A stretch of 64,000 nt of DNA, taken from the NCBI GenBank assembly GCA_031362565.1, contig JANLSU010000132.1, forward strand, positions 1 through 64,000, given 5' to 3'. The translations under genes were made by a program, and so were the position numbers. Source of the DNA: a bacterium (lineage in GTDB: Bacteria > Krumholzibacteriota > Krumholzibacteriia > G020349025). Below are positions 10,526 through 20,619 of this stretch, one piece after another. Under the pieces are notes generated by a model. It made no database searches, was not told where the DNA came from, and was given only the letters and a program-made list of their open reading frames with translations. Position 1 is the stretch's first letter; each line of letters begins with the position of its first letter.

Positions 10526-10659
10526 CGTTCCTCCCGTCGAACGCCGGGTGATCGGCGGGGCGTGGTCTGCGACACACGAACCGCCCGAAGTGCGATGCCT
10601 GCGAGGCGCCTGCATTGTAGCACTTGCAACTCCAGTCGCCACCGGACGCGGGCTTGCCC

Positions 10660-11346
10660 TCAGCGCGGCGTTTGCCCCGGCTTGAAGACCCGCGACCCGC
10701 CGGTATCGCCAACGTGCAGCTCGTGCACCATCCCCACGAACAGGCCATGGCCGACGACACCGGGTACCGCCGCCACCCGCACCCCGAGGGCACCGGGGTC
10801 GGCGATGCTGCCGAAGTCGACGTCGAGAATGTGGTTGCCGTTGTCGGTCGTGTACGCCGCTCCCGTTCCCTTGTCGTACCGCAACACCGGGCGGCCGCCC
10901 AAGGCTTCCAGCCCACGCCGTGCAACACCCAGCGCGAACGGCAAGAACTCCACCGGCACCGGCTTGTCGAGCCGCAGCGACAACTTCGAAGCATCGACCA
11001 TGACCAGAAACCGCGCCGCCGCGAGCGCGACGATTTTCTCGCGCAGGAGTGCGCCACCGTAGCCTTTGATACACGCGAGCTGGGTGTCGACCTGGTCCGC
11101 ACCATCGATAGCAATGTCGAGCACTGGCTGCTCGTCGAGCGTGGCCATGGGAATGCCGCCGGCTCGCGCCTCGCGCTCGGTTGCAACCGACGTCGCGACA
11201 CCGACAATACGAATCCCTTCGTCGCGGACGCGTTCGGCGAGCACGCGTACCGCCACCAAAGACGTCGATCCGCTGCCCAGCCCCACCGCCATGCCGTTTT
11301 GAATCTGTGCCACGGCCGAACGGGCGGCGATCTCCTTGCGGTCCAA
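10660..11346 (-). CDS. rpiA: ribose-5-phosphate isomerase A
   Basis: GLGSGST, DGADQVD, IKGYGGALLREKIVA, TDNGN, GVVGHGLF. Confidence 0.96.
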   Translation of the reverse strand: MDRKEIAARSAVAQIQNGMAVGLGSGSTSLVAVRVLAERVRDEGIRIVGVATSVATEREARAGGIPMATLDEQPVLDIAIDGADQVDTQLACIKGYGGALLREKIVALAAARFLVMVDASKLSLRLDKPVPVEFLPFALGVARRGLEALGGRPVLRYDKGTGAAYTTDNGNHILDVDFGSIADPGALGVRVAAVPGVVGHGLFVGMVHELHVGDTGGSRVFKPGQTPR

Positions 11347-11371
11347 CTTGCGCTTCCCCCTTCGCTTGCGA

Positions 11372-13342
11372 TCAGTAGATGGGCCGCTCCGAGGCGAGCG
11401 CCGCCAGCACCCGGCCGACGATCGCGCGCTGCACTTCCTCGTTCAGCCCGGCGCGTAAGAGGCCCGACTCATACCATTTGTCCGGGTCGATCAACAGGGC
11501 GCTCGCACGCTGTACCGCTTGCCGCACGTCGGGACGCGACTCACAGCGCTGATCGTACCAAATGAGGAAGTTCAGAATCGCTGGGGTGCGGGCCCACTCG
11601 CCGTACACGCCGGTGTTGCCCCAGGTGCCGTCCGGGCGCTGGTTGCGTAGGAGCCAGGCGACGTGTGGCCGGAGAGCGCGCTTCAAGCGTTCGTGCGCGA
11701 CTTTTCCAAGATCGCGGTCCGCGGCCATCCAAGCCTCTTCGACATAGGCGGCCGTGGTGAACGGCCACTCGACAAGTCCGTCGTGAACGAACGACGCGAA
11801 CGAACCATCCGGTTGCAAACTGCTGAGCGTGTAGTCGAGTGCGGCGAGTGCCCGGACCCGGTACGCTTCGTCGTGGGTGTGCACGTACAGCCAGGCGTGG
11901 GTTTCAATGCCGGCCAGCGCCGTGCTCACCAAATACGGTTCACGAACGGCGGTCGATTCGCTTCGCACCCGCGTCGCTTTCCAGCCGACGCCGCAGGCGC
12001 CATTCGGCAGCAACATGCCGTCACGCTCGAGAGCGTGTGCGAAGCGGGCGGCAGCCGCGACGTAGTGTTGGCGGGTAGCTGGCGCCGCGTGCGGCTCCAA
12101 GGCCGAAAACAATCCGACGACTGCCGCCATGTCGGCGATGTACACCGCCTTGTAACCGAGCGGCCAGTAACCGTCGGCATCTTGTCCCGAAAGCATCCAG
12201 TCTGCGAACGACAAGGCTTGCAGCACACCGTGTTCCGTGTCGGCGCTCCGCCGGCGTGGCGCAGCTCCGGGCCGCGGCGCGAGGACGTCATGCGCCGCCA
12301 CGAGCCCGCGCAGAAAGTAGCCTTCGATGAACAAGCGCTTCGACACTTCCGGCCGGTCGAGGGTGTGTGCGGCCCAGAGTTCGAGAGCCGCGGCCGCGAG
12401 CCGTGTGTCGAGCGCGTAACGGCCACGTGGCGCATCGAGCGGCGGTGCCGTCAGTGCGGCGGTGCGGCGGTCGAGGTCGAACCGCGAACAGGACAGTGCG
12501 TCGTTGCCATCGCGGCTCTCGATCGCAAAGGCGGCAATGACGGTGTCTTGCCTGGACACGAACGACACGCTCACTGGAACCTCGCCGGCGGCGCGAGCCA
12601 GCGGCGGCAAGCGGGTCCACGTCGCCCCGTCGTCCTTCGAGACTGCGAGCCGCAACGTCCAAACGCCCGGCAACGCGGCGTTGCTATCGGCCGGGCCTTC
12701 CGTCCACGCCAAGAGCAAGCCCTGTTGGATGCGCGCCAAGGTATGCGGCAGCGAGTCGGTTGCCAGACCGAGCGGAGTACCCGCCGACCACGACCGGCCG
12801 TCGTCCATCGACACCCGCCGCACGAGTTCGCGCGCCACGCGCTCGACGAGAACGAGCCTGCCGTCCGCCGTCTTCACGACGGCAGGTGCAATCGTTCCAC
12901 TCGGTGTAGTGAACGTTTCGAGCCCGGCCGTGGGTTCGGTCCATTCGGTGCCGTTGGCCGCGAGTCGTCGAATGGCCTGCAGCGGCGCGCCGGACGGCGA
13001 TTCCAACCTGTAGCGAATGACCGGGGTGCCATCAGGCGCGGCGCTGAGGCGCGGGTTCGTACCATCGAAGAGCACCATCGACAACGGTTGAGAAACCGCA
13101 CCGGTACCCGCGGTCAAGAACGTCGAGACGCGAATGCGATTTTTGCCGGACGGGCTGGGTTCGGTCCATGCCACCAGGTTCTTGCCGCCGGCAATTCCAA
13201 TCGTCAAGTGACGCGCTGGAGTGCGCGGCGTGCCCGGCCCGCCGATCGTCCACAGAAGGGTTTCCGCGGCCTTCTCCGCCGAGGACGACGGTGATCGTCC
13301 ACAGCCGGTCATTGCGAGCGCGATTCCAAGGAGCCCGCGCAT
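11372..13342 (-). CDS. lipoprotein with Asp-box (BNR/sialidase-like) region and C-terminal alpha/alpha-toroid domain (paralogue 3)
   Basis: Lipobox-like MTGC; SMDDGRSW, SKDDGATW; QxxDGxW repeats; alternative GTG start 13366 overlapping the upstream stop. Confidence 0.7.
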   Translation of the reverse strand: MRGLLGIALAMTGCGRSPSSSAEKAAETLLWTIGGPGTPRTPARHLTIGIAGGKNLVAWTEPSPSGKNRIRVSTFLTAGTGAVSQPLSMVLFDGTNPRLSAAPDGTPVIRYRLESPSGAPLQAIRRLAANGTEWTEPTAGLETFTTPSGTIAPAVVKTADGRLVLVERVARELVRRVSMDDGRSWSAGTPLGLATDSLPHTLARIQQGLLLAWTEGPADSNAALPGVWTLRLAVSKDDGATWTRLPPLARAAGEVPVSVSFVSRQDTVIAAFAIESRDGNDALSCSRFDLDRRTAALTAPPLDAPRGRYALDTRLAAAALELWAAHTLDRPEVSKRLFIEGYFLRGLVAAHDVLAPRPGAAPRRRSADTEHGVLQALSFADWMLSGQDADGYWPLGYKAVYIADMAAVVGLFSALEPHAAPATRQHYVAAAARFAHALERDGMLLPNGACGVGWKATRVRSESTAVREPYLVSTALAGIETHAWLYVHTHDEAYRVRALAALDYTLSSLQPDGSFASFVHDGLVEWPFTTAAYVEEAWMAADRDLGKVAHERLKRALRPHVAWLLRNQRPDGTWGNTGVYGEWARTPAILNFLIWYDQRCESRPDVRQAVQRASALLIDPDKWYESGLLRAGLNEEVQRAIVGRVLAALASERPIY

Positions 13343-13362
13343 CCATCTCTGGCGTGCCGCGC

Positions 13363-14529
13363 TCACTGGACGTACCGCCCGGTCACGAGCGCCGCCAACG
13401 TGCGCCCGGCCAGCGCGCGGTGGATCTCCTGCAGGTCGCCGTCGGCAAAGAACGCCCGCGCCCGGAGTGCTTTCGCATCGAAGTAGTAGTGTCGCGCGCG
13501 CCCGACGGCAGTCTCGGCGCCGGCAATGGCTGGCGTTTGCTGCGCCACCCACAACAAATAATTCACCAGCTGCGGCGTGCGTGCCGCATCGCCGGGGTTG
13601 CCGTTGTTCCAGCCGCCATCTGCACCTTGCAATCCCAGCAACCAGGGGACGTGCGTCGCGGCAGCATTGCGGACCAGCACGGCGGCCTCGGGCCCGAGCC
13701 ACGCGACCGCCGCCAGCCATCCCTCTTCGACGTACGCCGCAACCTGGAGCGGACCTTCTTGTTTGCCGCGGGTGGGCAAAGATCCATCGGTTTTCAGGCG
13801 CGACACCGTGACCCGGAGCGCCGCGAGCGCCCGGGCGCGATACTTGTCGTCTTGTGTCCGGTGAAAGAGCCAGGCGTGAATTTCGATTCCGGCCAATGCC
13901 GTGCTCACCATGTATTCATCGTCCGACCAACCCACATCCGAGCGCCAAGCACGGGTTGCACCGGCAGCCTTCTCACCCAGCGGCCACCCGAGTCCGACCC
14001 CACCGGAGGGCAGCACGAGTCCCTCGTGCTCGAGCGCGGTCACGAAATGCGCCGCCGCCGATTCGTACGCCGGCAGTTTTTCCGGCGCCACGCCCGCGGC
14101 CTCGAGCGCACCGAATACCGCGACGGCGGCCGCCATGTCCGCGACCCAGCCGCCTTCGTAACCGATCGCCCACAAACCATTCGCACCCTGCGTATGCACG
14201 AGTGAATCGGCGAAGGTTTGCGCACATGCACGCGCCGAATCCGCGAGCCCCCGGTCCGGCGCCAGCGAGCTGCAGGCCGTTTGCAGCGCCGACGATGACG
14301 CCGCGAGTCCGCGCATGAAATAGCCCTCGACGAAAAGGCGTGTTGCCGGCTTGGGTCGCGCCAGCGTATGCCGCATCCAGGCACGCAACACGGCGCATTC
14401 CGCTGCCCCCGCCGGGTGCAGCGCCCGACTCGCCACACCATTCGATACCGCGCCGGGATCGCCGCTTTGAATTGCGCGGCGCCCGCCACACGATTCGACC
14501 GCAAGCAGGCCCAAGAGCACGGCGGCCAT
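13363..14529 (-). CDS. probable lipoprotein, stand-alone alpha/alpha-toroid domain (paralogue 2)
   Basis: Hydrophobic leader ending in Cys; shares RLFVEGY, ADMAAA, VSTALAGIE and AYVEEGW with both neighbours. Confidence 0.7.
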   Translation of the reverse strand: MAAVLLGLLAVESCGGRRAIQSGDPGAVSNGVASRALHPAGAAECAVLRAWMRHTLARPKPATRLFVEGYFMRGLAASSSALQTACSSLAPDRGLADSARACAQTFADSLVHTQGANGLWAIGYEGGWVADMAAAVAVFGALEAAGVAPEKLPAYESAAAHFVTALEHEGLVLPSGGVGLGWPLGEKAAGATRAWRSDVGWSDDEYMVSTALAGIEIHAWLFHRTQDDKYRARALAALRVTVSRLKTDGSLPTRGKQEGPLQVAAYVEEGWLAAVAWLGPEAAVLVRNAAATHVPWLLGLQGADGGWNNGNPGDAARTPQLVNYLLWVAQQTPAIAGAETAVGRARHYYFDAKALRARAFFADGDLQEIHRALAGRTLAALVTGRYVQ

Positions 14530-14574
14530 CCGCCGCCATGCGACGCCTCGAGTTCGGATAAGGCCAGCCTCCGG

Positions 14575-16851
14575 TCAGAGGATGAATGTGCCCGTGACGA
14601 GTGCGACGAGCGCGCGTAGAGAGTGCGCGCGTTGGACCTCGTGATGATAGCCGGCGTCGAACAGGCCGGTCTCGCGCCAGCGGCCTGGATCGAGAAGCGG
14701 AACGCTGGCGCGCCGGATGGCCTGGCGCACCCCCTCGCTGTGGCGACAACGCTGATCGTACCAAATCAAGAAGTTGACGATCGCCGGGGTGCGGGCGAAT
14801 TCCCCATTGGCGCCGCTATCCCACGTCCCGTCGCGATGCTGCGTCGAGAGCAACCATTGAACGTGGGCCGGAAGCGCGGCCCGCAGGCGCTCGAGCACCT
14901 TGGAATCGCCCAAGAAAACGTCGGCCGCCATCCAGCCTTCCTCGACGTAGGCGGCGGTCGTCAGTGCACCTTCGCCGCTCGCGTGCTCGGGCAACGAGCC
15001 ATCGGGTTTCAACTGCGCGAGCGTGTACTCGAGGGCGTGCAGAGCGCAGTCGCGGTACGCCACATTGCCGGTACGCTTCCACAGCCAGCCGTGAAGTTCT
15101 ATTCCGGCCAGCGCGGTGCTCACCAAATACGGATCGCGTGCGATCCGTTTGTTGGAACGCGGCACGTAGGTATTCCGCCAGCCAATCCCGAAAGCGCCCG
15201 ACGGCAGCACCATCAGATCCTCTTGCAGCGAGTGCACGAACTTCTCCGCCACGGCCTGCCAGCGTTGTAACTGCACGCTGTCCGCGTCTGCCTCGAGACT
15301 TGGAAACACGCCAAGCGCCGCCGCAATGTCGGCGATGTAGATCGCGCCGTACCCGATCGACCAATACCCGGTCTTGTCCTGATGCGCCGCAAGCTGATCG
15401 GCAAAGCCGCGCGCCCAAGCACGACACGGCCCGGCATCGAACCACTCGGCCGCATCGCGATCGGCACCCAACGCCGCGGTCGCGCCGGCCAAGCCGCGCG
15501 CCAAGTACCCTTCCACGAACAATCGCCGTGGCGCCGCCGGACGGGACAGTGTGTGCGCCACGAGCAGCCGCAGCGCGCGGCGCGCCGCCGCCGGGTCGAC
15601 GGCATACGGTCCTTTGGCCTCCGGCGCCGGCCATGCTTGCGGGGCGCGCAACGTTCGCACCTCGAAGTCGAGGCATTGCAGGCGGCCGGTCGAATCGGGC
15701 CGTGCTCCCACCGTGTCCGGCGCCGCAGCCTCGACAAAGAGCGCCGTGATGCGATCGCCGGTCGCCACAAGCGCTGGTGCCACAGCGACGCGACCCGGAC
15801 GCACGACAAGCGGCCGGAGTGGGGTCCACGTTTGCCCCGCATCCGCGCTCAGTGCGGCGCGTAAGGCTTGCAGCGGCGGCAGTGCCACGAGGGTGTCCGG
15901 CACCGGATCGTTCCACGCGATGGCCATCCCATCACCCGATTCGAACGACCGGAGTGCGAAGGGCGCTGCGAGTGCGGTCACGGCCAGACCGCCGGGCCGG
16001 ATCAAGGTGACGGCCTCTTTGGTGAGAACCCGGCATCGCAAGTGCGTCCCGAGCCGGCTGACGAGAAGCCATTCGCCTTTCGACCGGCCTGCAAGTGCCG
16101 CATCGCATTCGCCGCGCTCGACCGGCACGACCGCCATCTCATCCCAGGTGCGAGCATCGCGGCTGCGATAACACACAATCTCGGTGCCGCGCTCTGCCGT
16201 CACAGAACAGACCGGAAGCACGAGCCCACCGTTGTGATCGCGCGCCAACCGGCCGGCGGCAAGTGTCGTCGTCGCGTCTCGTGCGCCGAGTGGCTCCGGG
16301 TCGCTCCAGGTGCGGCCATCACGTGAACCACGCCGCACGACGATGAGCGCTCGGGACGTCGAATCACCGGTGATTGTCACCAGAACGAGGCTGCCGTCCG
16401 CAAGCCGTTCGAGACTCGGATTGCGGCCTGGAAACCGGGCCAAGACCGAGGACCGCTCCGGGGTTTGCACTTGGACGATGGAGATGGAGTCGCCCGTACC
16501 GTGCCGCGAGCGCCAACCGGCCGCCACCCACGTCGTGTGGCCGTCGACCAGCACGTCGCCCGACGTGAATCCCGGTTGCCGAGCGCGCGCCCGCCACCGG
16601 CGCACCGGCTCGGCCCGCATGGTGTCGCTTGGAAAGGCGGTCCATTCGTCGAGCTGCGCCGCGGCCGGCGGACCGCTCGACCAGCGAATGCGCTCCGGCG
16701 CCGGCCCCGCGCCGGCGGGCACCGCCAGCGCCCAAATCAACAACAGACATCCCGCACCGCATGCGACGCGCACCCGGCTCGACTTCGGGTGCAATCGGGC
16801 CGGTGCTCCAAGTCTCGCGCTCACGGCATCCCCTCGCGGCCACGATACCAC
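14575..16851 (-). CDS. exported protein with Asp-box propeller and C-terminal alpha/alpha-toroid domain (paralogue 1)
   Basis: SRDGRTW, SRDARTW, SADAGQTW; same C-terminal motifs as the two downstream genes; start uncertain. Confidence 0.7.
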   Translation of the reverse strand: MVSWPRGDAVSARLGAPARLHPKSSRVRVACGAGCLLLIWALAVPAGAGPAPERIRWSSGPPAAAQLDEWTAFPSDTMRAEPVRRWRARARQPGFTSGDVLVDGHTTWVAAGWRSRHGTGDSISIVQVQTPERSSVLARFPGRNPSLERLADGSLVLVTITGDSTSRALIVVRRGSRDGRTWSDPEPLGARDATTTLAAGRLARDHNGGLVLPVCSVTAERGTEIVCYRSRDARTWDEMAVVPVERGECDAALAGRSKGEWLLVSRLGTHLRCRVLTKEAVTLIRPGGLAVTALAAPFALRSFESGDGMAIAWNDPVPDTLVALPPLQALRAALSADAGQTWTPLRPLVVRPGRVAVAPALVATGDRITALFVEAAAPDTVGARPDSTGRLQCLDFEVRTLRAPQAWPAPEAKGPYAVDPAAARRALRLLVAHTLSRPAAPRRLFVEGYLARGLAGATAALGADRDAAEWFDAGPCRAWARGFADQLAAHQDKTGYWSIGYGAIYIADIAAALGVFPSLEADADSVQLQRWQAVAEKFVHSLQEDLMVLPSGAFGIGWRNTYVPRSNKRIARDPYLVSTALAGIELHGWLWKRTGNVAYRDCALHALEYTLAQLKPDGSLPEHASGEGALTTAAYVEEGWMAADVFLGDSKVLERLRAALPAHVQWLLSTQHRDGTWDSGANGEFARTPAIVNFLIWYDQRCRHSEGVRQAIRRASVPLLDPGRWRETGLFDAGYHHEVQRAHSLRALVALVTGTFIL

Positions 16852-17019
16852 GCAGTCATGCCGCCCCCTCGGGCGACCGGCAGAGAAGGGCGAACGACCG
16901 GGCGATCCTGGGACCTGAGCGGGGCCACTTGGGCGGCCTGCATCTCGTATCCTGCAGAAGATCCAAGGGCGAGCGGACGGGCCAACGCGCTGCCGGCGCG
17001 CTTCGAACGGGAGGCGATC

Positions 17020-17946
17020 GTGATCGAGGTCCTCGACCTACGCAAGACGTATGGCGACGTCCAGGCGCTGGATGGAGTGTCGTTCGCGGTCCCCGAGGGC
17101 GCGGTGTATGGATTGTTGGGGCCGAACGGCGCCGGCAAATCCACCGCGATTTCCATCCTTGCAGGGCTCGTCAAGGCGACTTCGGGACGCGCCAGCATCG
17201 CCGGCCACGACGTCGCCACCGACGCGATGGCCGCCAAACAAGCGCTTGGATTCGTGCCGCAGGACGTCGTGCTGTACGACGAACTGAACGCGGCCGAGAA
17301 CCTGGAGTTCTTTGGCGGCCTGTATGGCCTGCGTGGTGCGGCCTTGCGAACGCGCGTCGCCGAACTCTTGGTGGAAATCGACCTGGGCGACAATGCCAAG
17401 CGGGCGGTCGAAACCTATTCGGGCGGCATGAAGCGGCGCCTCAATTTGGCCTGCGGGCTCGTGCACCGTCCCAAAGTGCTCTTGCTCGACGAACCTACCG
17501 TCGGGATCGATCCGCAGGCCCGCCTGCACATTCTCGAGATGGTGCGGCGCATCGCGCGTGAAGGCACGACGGTGCTCTACACCACTCATTATTTGCAGGA
17601 AGCCGAGGAACTCTGCCGGCGCATCGCGATCATCGATCACGGACGCATCCTAGCCGAGGGCACGCTCGAGGAATTGCGGGCCCAGGTCGGTGAGCGGGAC
17701 CTGGTGTCCTTGCGTGGCCGTTTCGATGTTCCGGCGACGCGCCAGCTCATCGAAGGCTTGGAAGGCACCGAGATCCTGTCGATCAAGGAAGACGAGGTGC
17801 AGCTCGCGATGCGGCATGGCGGCGACGCATTCGGACGCCTGGTGCGCGGCCTCGGAGAATGCGGCGAAGCACGCGAGATCAACATTCGCCAGCCGAGCCT
17901 CGAGAACCTGTTCATCAAACTCACCGGCCGCGAACTCCGCGAGTGA
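17020..17946 (+). CDS. ABC-2 type exporter ATP-binding protein
   Basis: [38 protein letters not shown] before GTG. Confidence 0.95.
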   Translation: MIEVLDLRKTYGDVQALDGVSFAVPEGAVYGLLGPNGAGKSTAISILAGLVKATSGRASIAGHDVATDAMAAKQALGFVPQDVVLYDELNAAENLEFFGGLYGLRGAALRTRVAELLVEIDLGDNAKRAVETYSGGMKRRLNLACGLVHRPKVLLLDEPTVGIDPQARLHILEMVRRIAREGTTVLYTTHYLQEAEELCRRIAIIDHGRILAEGTLEELRAQVGERDLVSLRGRFDVPATRQLIEGLEGTEILSIKEDEVQLAMRHGGDAFGRLVRGLGECGEAREINIRQPSLENLFIKLTGRELRE

Positions 17947-17954
17947 AGGTGCAC

Positions 17955-19223
17955 ATGCGATTGTTTCTGCATCTCTTGCGGACTGACGCGCGGCGCCTCT
18001 TGAAAACGCCCAGCGTGCCATTGCTGTGGCTGGCTTTTCCGCTCGCGCTGTCGCTCATCGAATACGGCGCCTTCGGACAGGTGGGACGCAGTGCCAACGG
18101 GCTGCCGAAGGGCACGCTGCTTCTGGTCGACCACGACCGCACATTGTTGTCCGGCGTGTTTGCCCAAGCGCTGACTCGCGAGCCGCTGTCGGAATTCTTC
18201 GAAGTCGTGCGGCTCGACACCACCAATGTCTTCGAGAAGAAGCTCGCGAACAACGACGCTTCGGCAGCCCTGCTGTTGCCGGCCGGCTTCCAGGATTCGA
18301 TTCTCGCCGGCGGCCGCGCCGGCCTGACATATGTGCCGAACCCTCGCCAGCAGATCCGTCCGGCGATGATCGATGCCGCGCTGCGCACCTTCCTGGAAAT
18401 CGGTAATCGTTTCCTGCACGAGGCGCACGACGCCATGGCGCTCGTGCGCTCCCAGTCGCAGGTCGCCGGCGCCCCGAACCGCGCCGCCGTGCTGTCGATC
18501 AGCGCCGCGTTCTACGACGCCGGCCAACATTTCACGAAGTTGGGCGCGCTCCGGAGCCTCGATCTCAAGGTGCAACGCCCTGCACCCAAGCCGGGACAGC
18601 CGGCGACCGCCGGTGACGCGGTGAATTTCTTCGCCTATTTCTTGCCGGGCTTGTTGTTGTTCAGCCTGCTCATGGTGAGTCAAGGATTCGAGCGGCGCGC
18701 GTTCGCGCTCCGCGAACGCGGTCTCTTGCGGCGGCTGGCGGCGGCGCCGGTGGGGCCGGGTACGGTACTCGCGTCACAAGCCGTTGCGGCGCTCATTGCC
18801 GCCCTCACGACCGGCGCCGTGATCCTGGTGCTCGGCGCGCTTCTGTTCAAGATTCCAATGCACCAGCCGCTCGTCATCGGACTGACGCTCGTCGGCTTCT
18901 CCTTGTATGCCGTCGGGCTCATGAAGATGTTATACGGCGCCGCCAAGACGAAGCGTTCGGCGGAGGCCTTGGGATCGGTCGTGACACTGCTGTCGACGCT
19001 GATCGGCGGCGGGTTCGCGCCGATCGAGATCTACGCCAATTCGGTGCGGCCATTCGCGGCGGCGACACCGGTGGGCTGCGCGAGTTCGAGCATGGTGGAT
19101 GCAATCGTGCACAACCACAGCCTCGCGATGACCGCACCCCACGTGCTCGGCATGTGGGCCTGGGGCATCGGATTCTGCGTCCTCGGCGTCGCCATCTCGT
19201 GGAGGACGCATGCCCGGCATTAG
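17955..19223 (+). CDS. ABC-2 type exporter permease
   Basis: N-terminal TM, periplasmic loop, five C-terminal TMs, ERGLLRRLAAAP. Confidence 0.88.
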   Translation: MRLFLHLLRTDARRLLKTPSVPLLWLAFPLALSLIEYGAFGQVGRSANGLPKGTLLLVDHDRTLLSGVFAQALTREPLSEFFEVVRLDTTNVFEKKLANNDASAALLLPAGFQDSILAGGRAGLTYVPNPRQQIRPAMIDAALRTFLEIGNRFLHEAHDAMALVRSQSQVAGAPNRAAVLSISAAFYDAGQHFTKLGALRSLDLKVQRPAPKPGQPATAGDAVNFFAYFLPGLLLFSLLMVSQGFERRAFALRERGLLRRLAAAPVGPGTVLASQAVAALIAALTTGAVILVLGALLFKIPMHQPLVIGLTLVGFSLYAVGLMKMLYGAAKTKRSAEALGSVVTLLSTLIGGGFAPIEIYANSVRPFAAATPVGCASSSMVDAIVHNHSLAMTAPHVLGMWAWGIGFCVLGVAISWRTHARH

Positions 19224-20352
19224 GTGGAGCGCCGTGGCGCACGTCGCCCGCAATGATGTCCGGCTCATGCTGCGCGACCGCGGCACGGTGTTCTGGTCGT
19301 TCGTCGGTCCGTTCCTGTTCATGACGTTTTTCGGACTGCTGTTCCGCGACTCGCCGGCGGTGAAAACCAGGCTGACGATCCGCAACGCGGATGTGTCGCC
19401 GGCGTTCGCCACCGCGCTCACCGTCCTCCGGCGCGACGACAGCATCAGCGTCAAGAACGCGGCCAACGGTGCGGATCCCGCCGATGCCTTTGTCCTGGTG
19501 ATTCCGCCCGGTTCGAGCGACTCGCTCCTGGCCGGCCGGCTGCCGCACCTCGTACTCCACACGCCGGAAGAAAATCCAACGCCGCGTGAGCAGACGCTCC
19601 GCGCCCAAACGCTGCGCGCCATTCTCGGCGCATTCTTGGGACTCACGCCCGCCGATATTCACGCCACCCTCGACGAGGCCGCCGTCCGTGCCCGCGTCAC
19701 CTACGAGCCGGCGATTCGACTCGACAAGCGAACGCTGGACTACGCGCCGCCGTCCTTCGGCTTCCAGCACACCGTGCCGGCGTATCTCGTGATGTTTCTG
19801 TTGATGACCTTGATGACGAGCGGCGCCGAAATCTTGATCGCCGAGCGGCGCGCCGGCCAACTGCGGCGGGCCCAGGTTTCGAGCACCGCCGCGAGCGAAA
19901 TCCTGTGCGGCAAATTCCTGTCGCGCTTCGGATTCGCGTGGATTCAGATCGCCGCCATGCTGGGCGTCGGCATCTTGGGATTCCGGGTCCACTTCGGCAC
20001 CCATCCCGAAGCACTCTTCGCATGTTTAGCAGCCCTCGCTTTGTGTGCGACCGGCATGGGCCTCTTGTTCGCGACGCTCTTCCGCAACGCCGACAAGGCC
20101 GGCGGCTTCGGCAGTCTGATCGTGATGGCGATGGCGGCTCTCGGCGGCTGTTGGTGGCCGCTCGAAATCGTCCCCGGCTGGATGCGCAAGATCGCCTTCC
20201 TGCTGCCGACCGGCTGGGGGTATGACGGGCTCAATCGAGTCATGGCGCTCAACAGCGGTCTTTCGGACATCGCGCCGCATCTGGCGGTGCTCCTCGGCAT
20301 CGCGGTGGTGACCCTTACCCTGTCGATTCGCCGCCTCGGCCGCGCCGACTGA
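19210..20352 (+). CDS. ABC-2 type exporter permease
   Basis: ERRAGQLRR, LGGCWWPLEIVPGWM, PTGW. Confidence 0.9.
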   Translation: MPGIRWSAVAHVARNDVRLMLRDRGTVFWSFVGPFLFMTFFGLLFRDSPAVKTRLTIRNADVSPAFATALTVLRRDDSISVKNAANGADPADAFVLVIPPGSSDSLLAGRLPHLVLHTPEENPTPREQTLRAQTLRAILGAFLGLTPADIHATLDEAAVRARVTYEPAIRLDKRTLDYAPPSFGFQHTVPAYLVMFLLMTLMTSGAEILIAERRAGQLRRAQVSSTAASEILCGKFLSRFGFAWIQIAAMLGVGILGFRVHFGTHPEALFACLAALALCATGMGLLFATLFRNADKAGGFGSLIVMAMAALGGCWWPLEIVPGWMRKIAFLLPTGWGYDGLNRVMALNSGLSDIAPHLAVLLGIAVVTLTLSIRRLGRAD

Positions 20353-20360
20353 GAGCCGTC

Positions 20361-20473
20361 GCACTGCCCCGTGCCCCGTGGTGCCGCCCACTGCACCGGT
20401 GCGGTGCACCGGCACCTGCACCGAGAAGTCCAGCCCCGGTGCACCGGTGCGGGCAACTGCACCCGGGCAGTGC
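20361..20473. repeat. imperfect long palindrome containing five TGCACC units
   Basis: Ends GCACTGCCC and GGGCAGTGC are inverted; TGCACC at 20392, 20405, 20417, 20440, 20458. Confidence 0.6.
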
Positions 20474-20619
20474 AGTCGCAATCCTTCAGCGCGATAGTTA
20501 AGTCCTGCACCAGCAGTGTTTTATCGCAAAGTTTCCAAGACGGCGCATGCTAGAATACCAATTGCTTGCTACCGCAGAATCATCGGCTTCCCAAAACTCG
20601 CCTGCGAAGGGACGGGGAC

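Noticed and set aside
9173..13294. Long plus-strand ORFs 9173..11062 and 11663..13294, and similar shadow ORFs throughout
   Set aside because: Arg/Pro-rich antisense or off-frame artefacts of high GC lying over well-supported genes
11372..20352. Lanthipeptide or terpene biosynthetic cluster (toroid enzymes plus ABC exporter)
   Set aside because: No precursor peptide, dehydratase, evident LanC zinc-ligand motifs or DxDD motif, and the enzymes appear exported
20361..20473. Possible mini-CRISPR array
   Set aside because: Units are 6-11 nt with irregular spacing, no unique spacers and no cas genes
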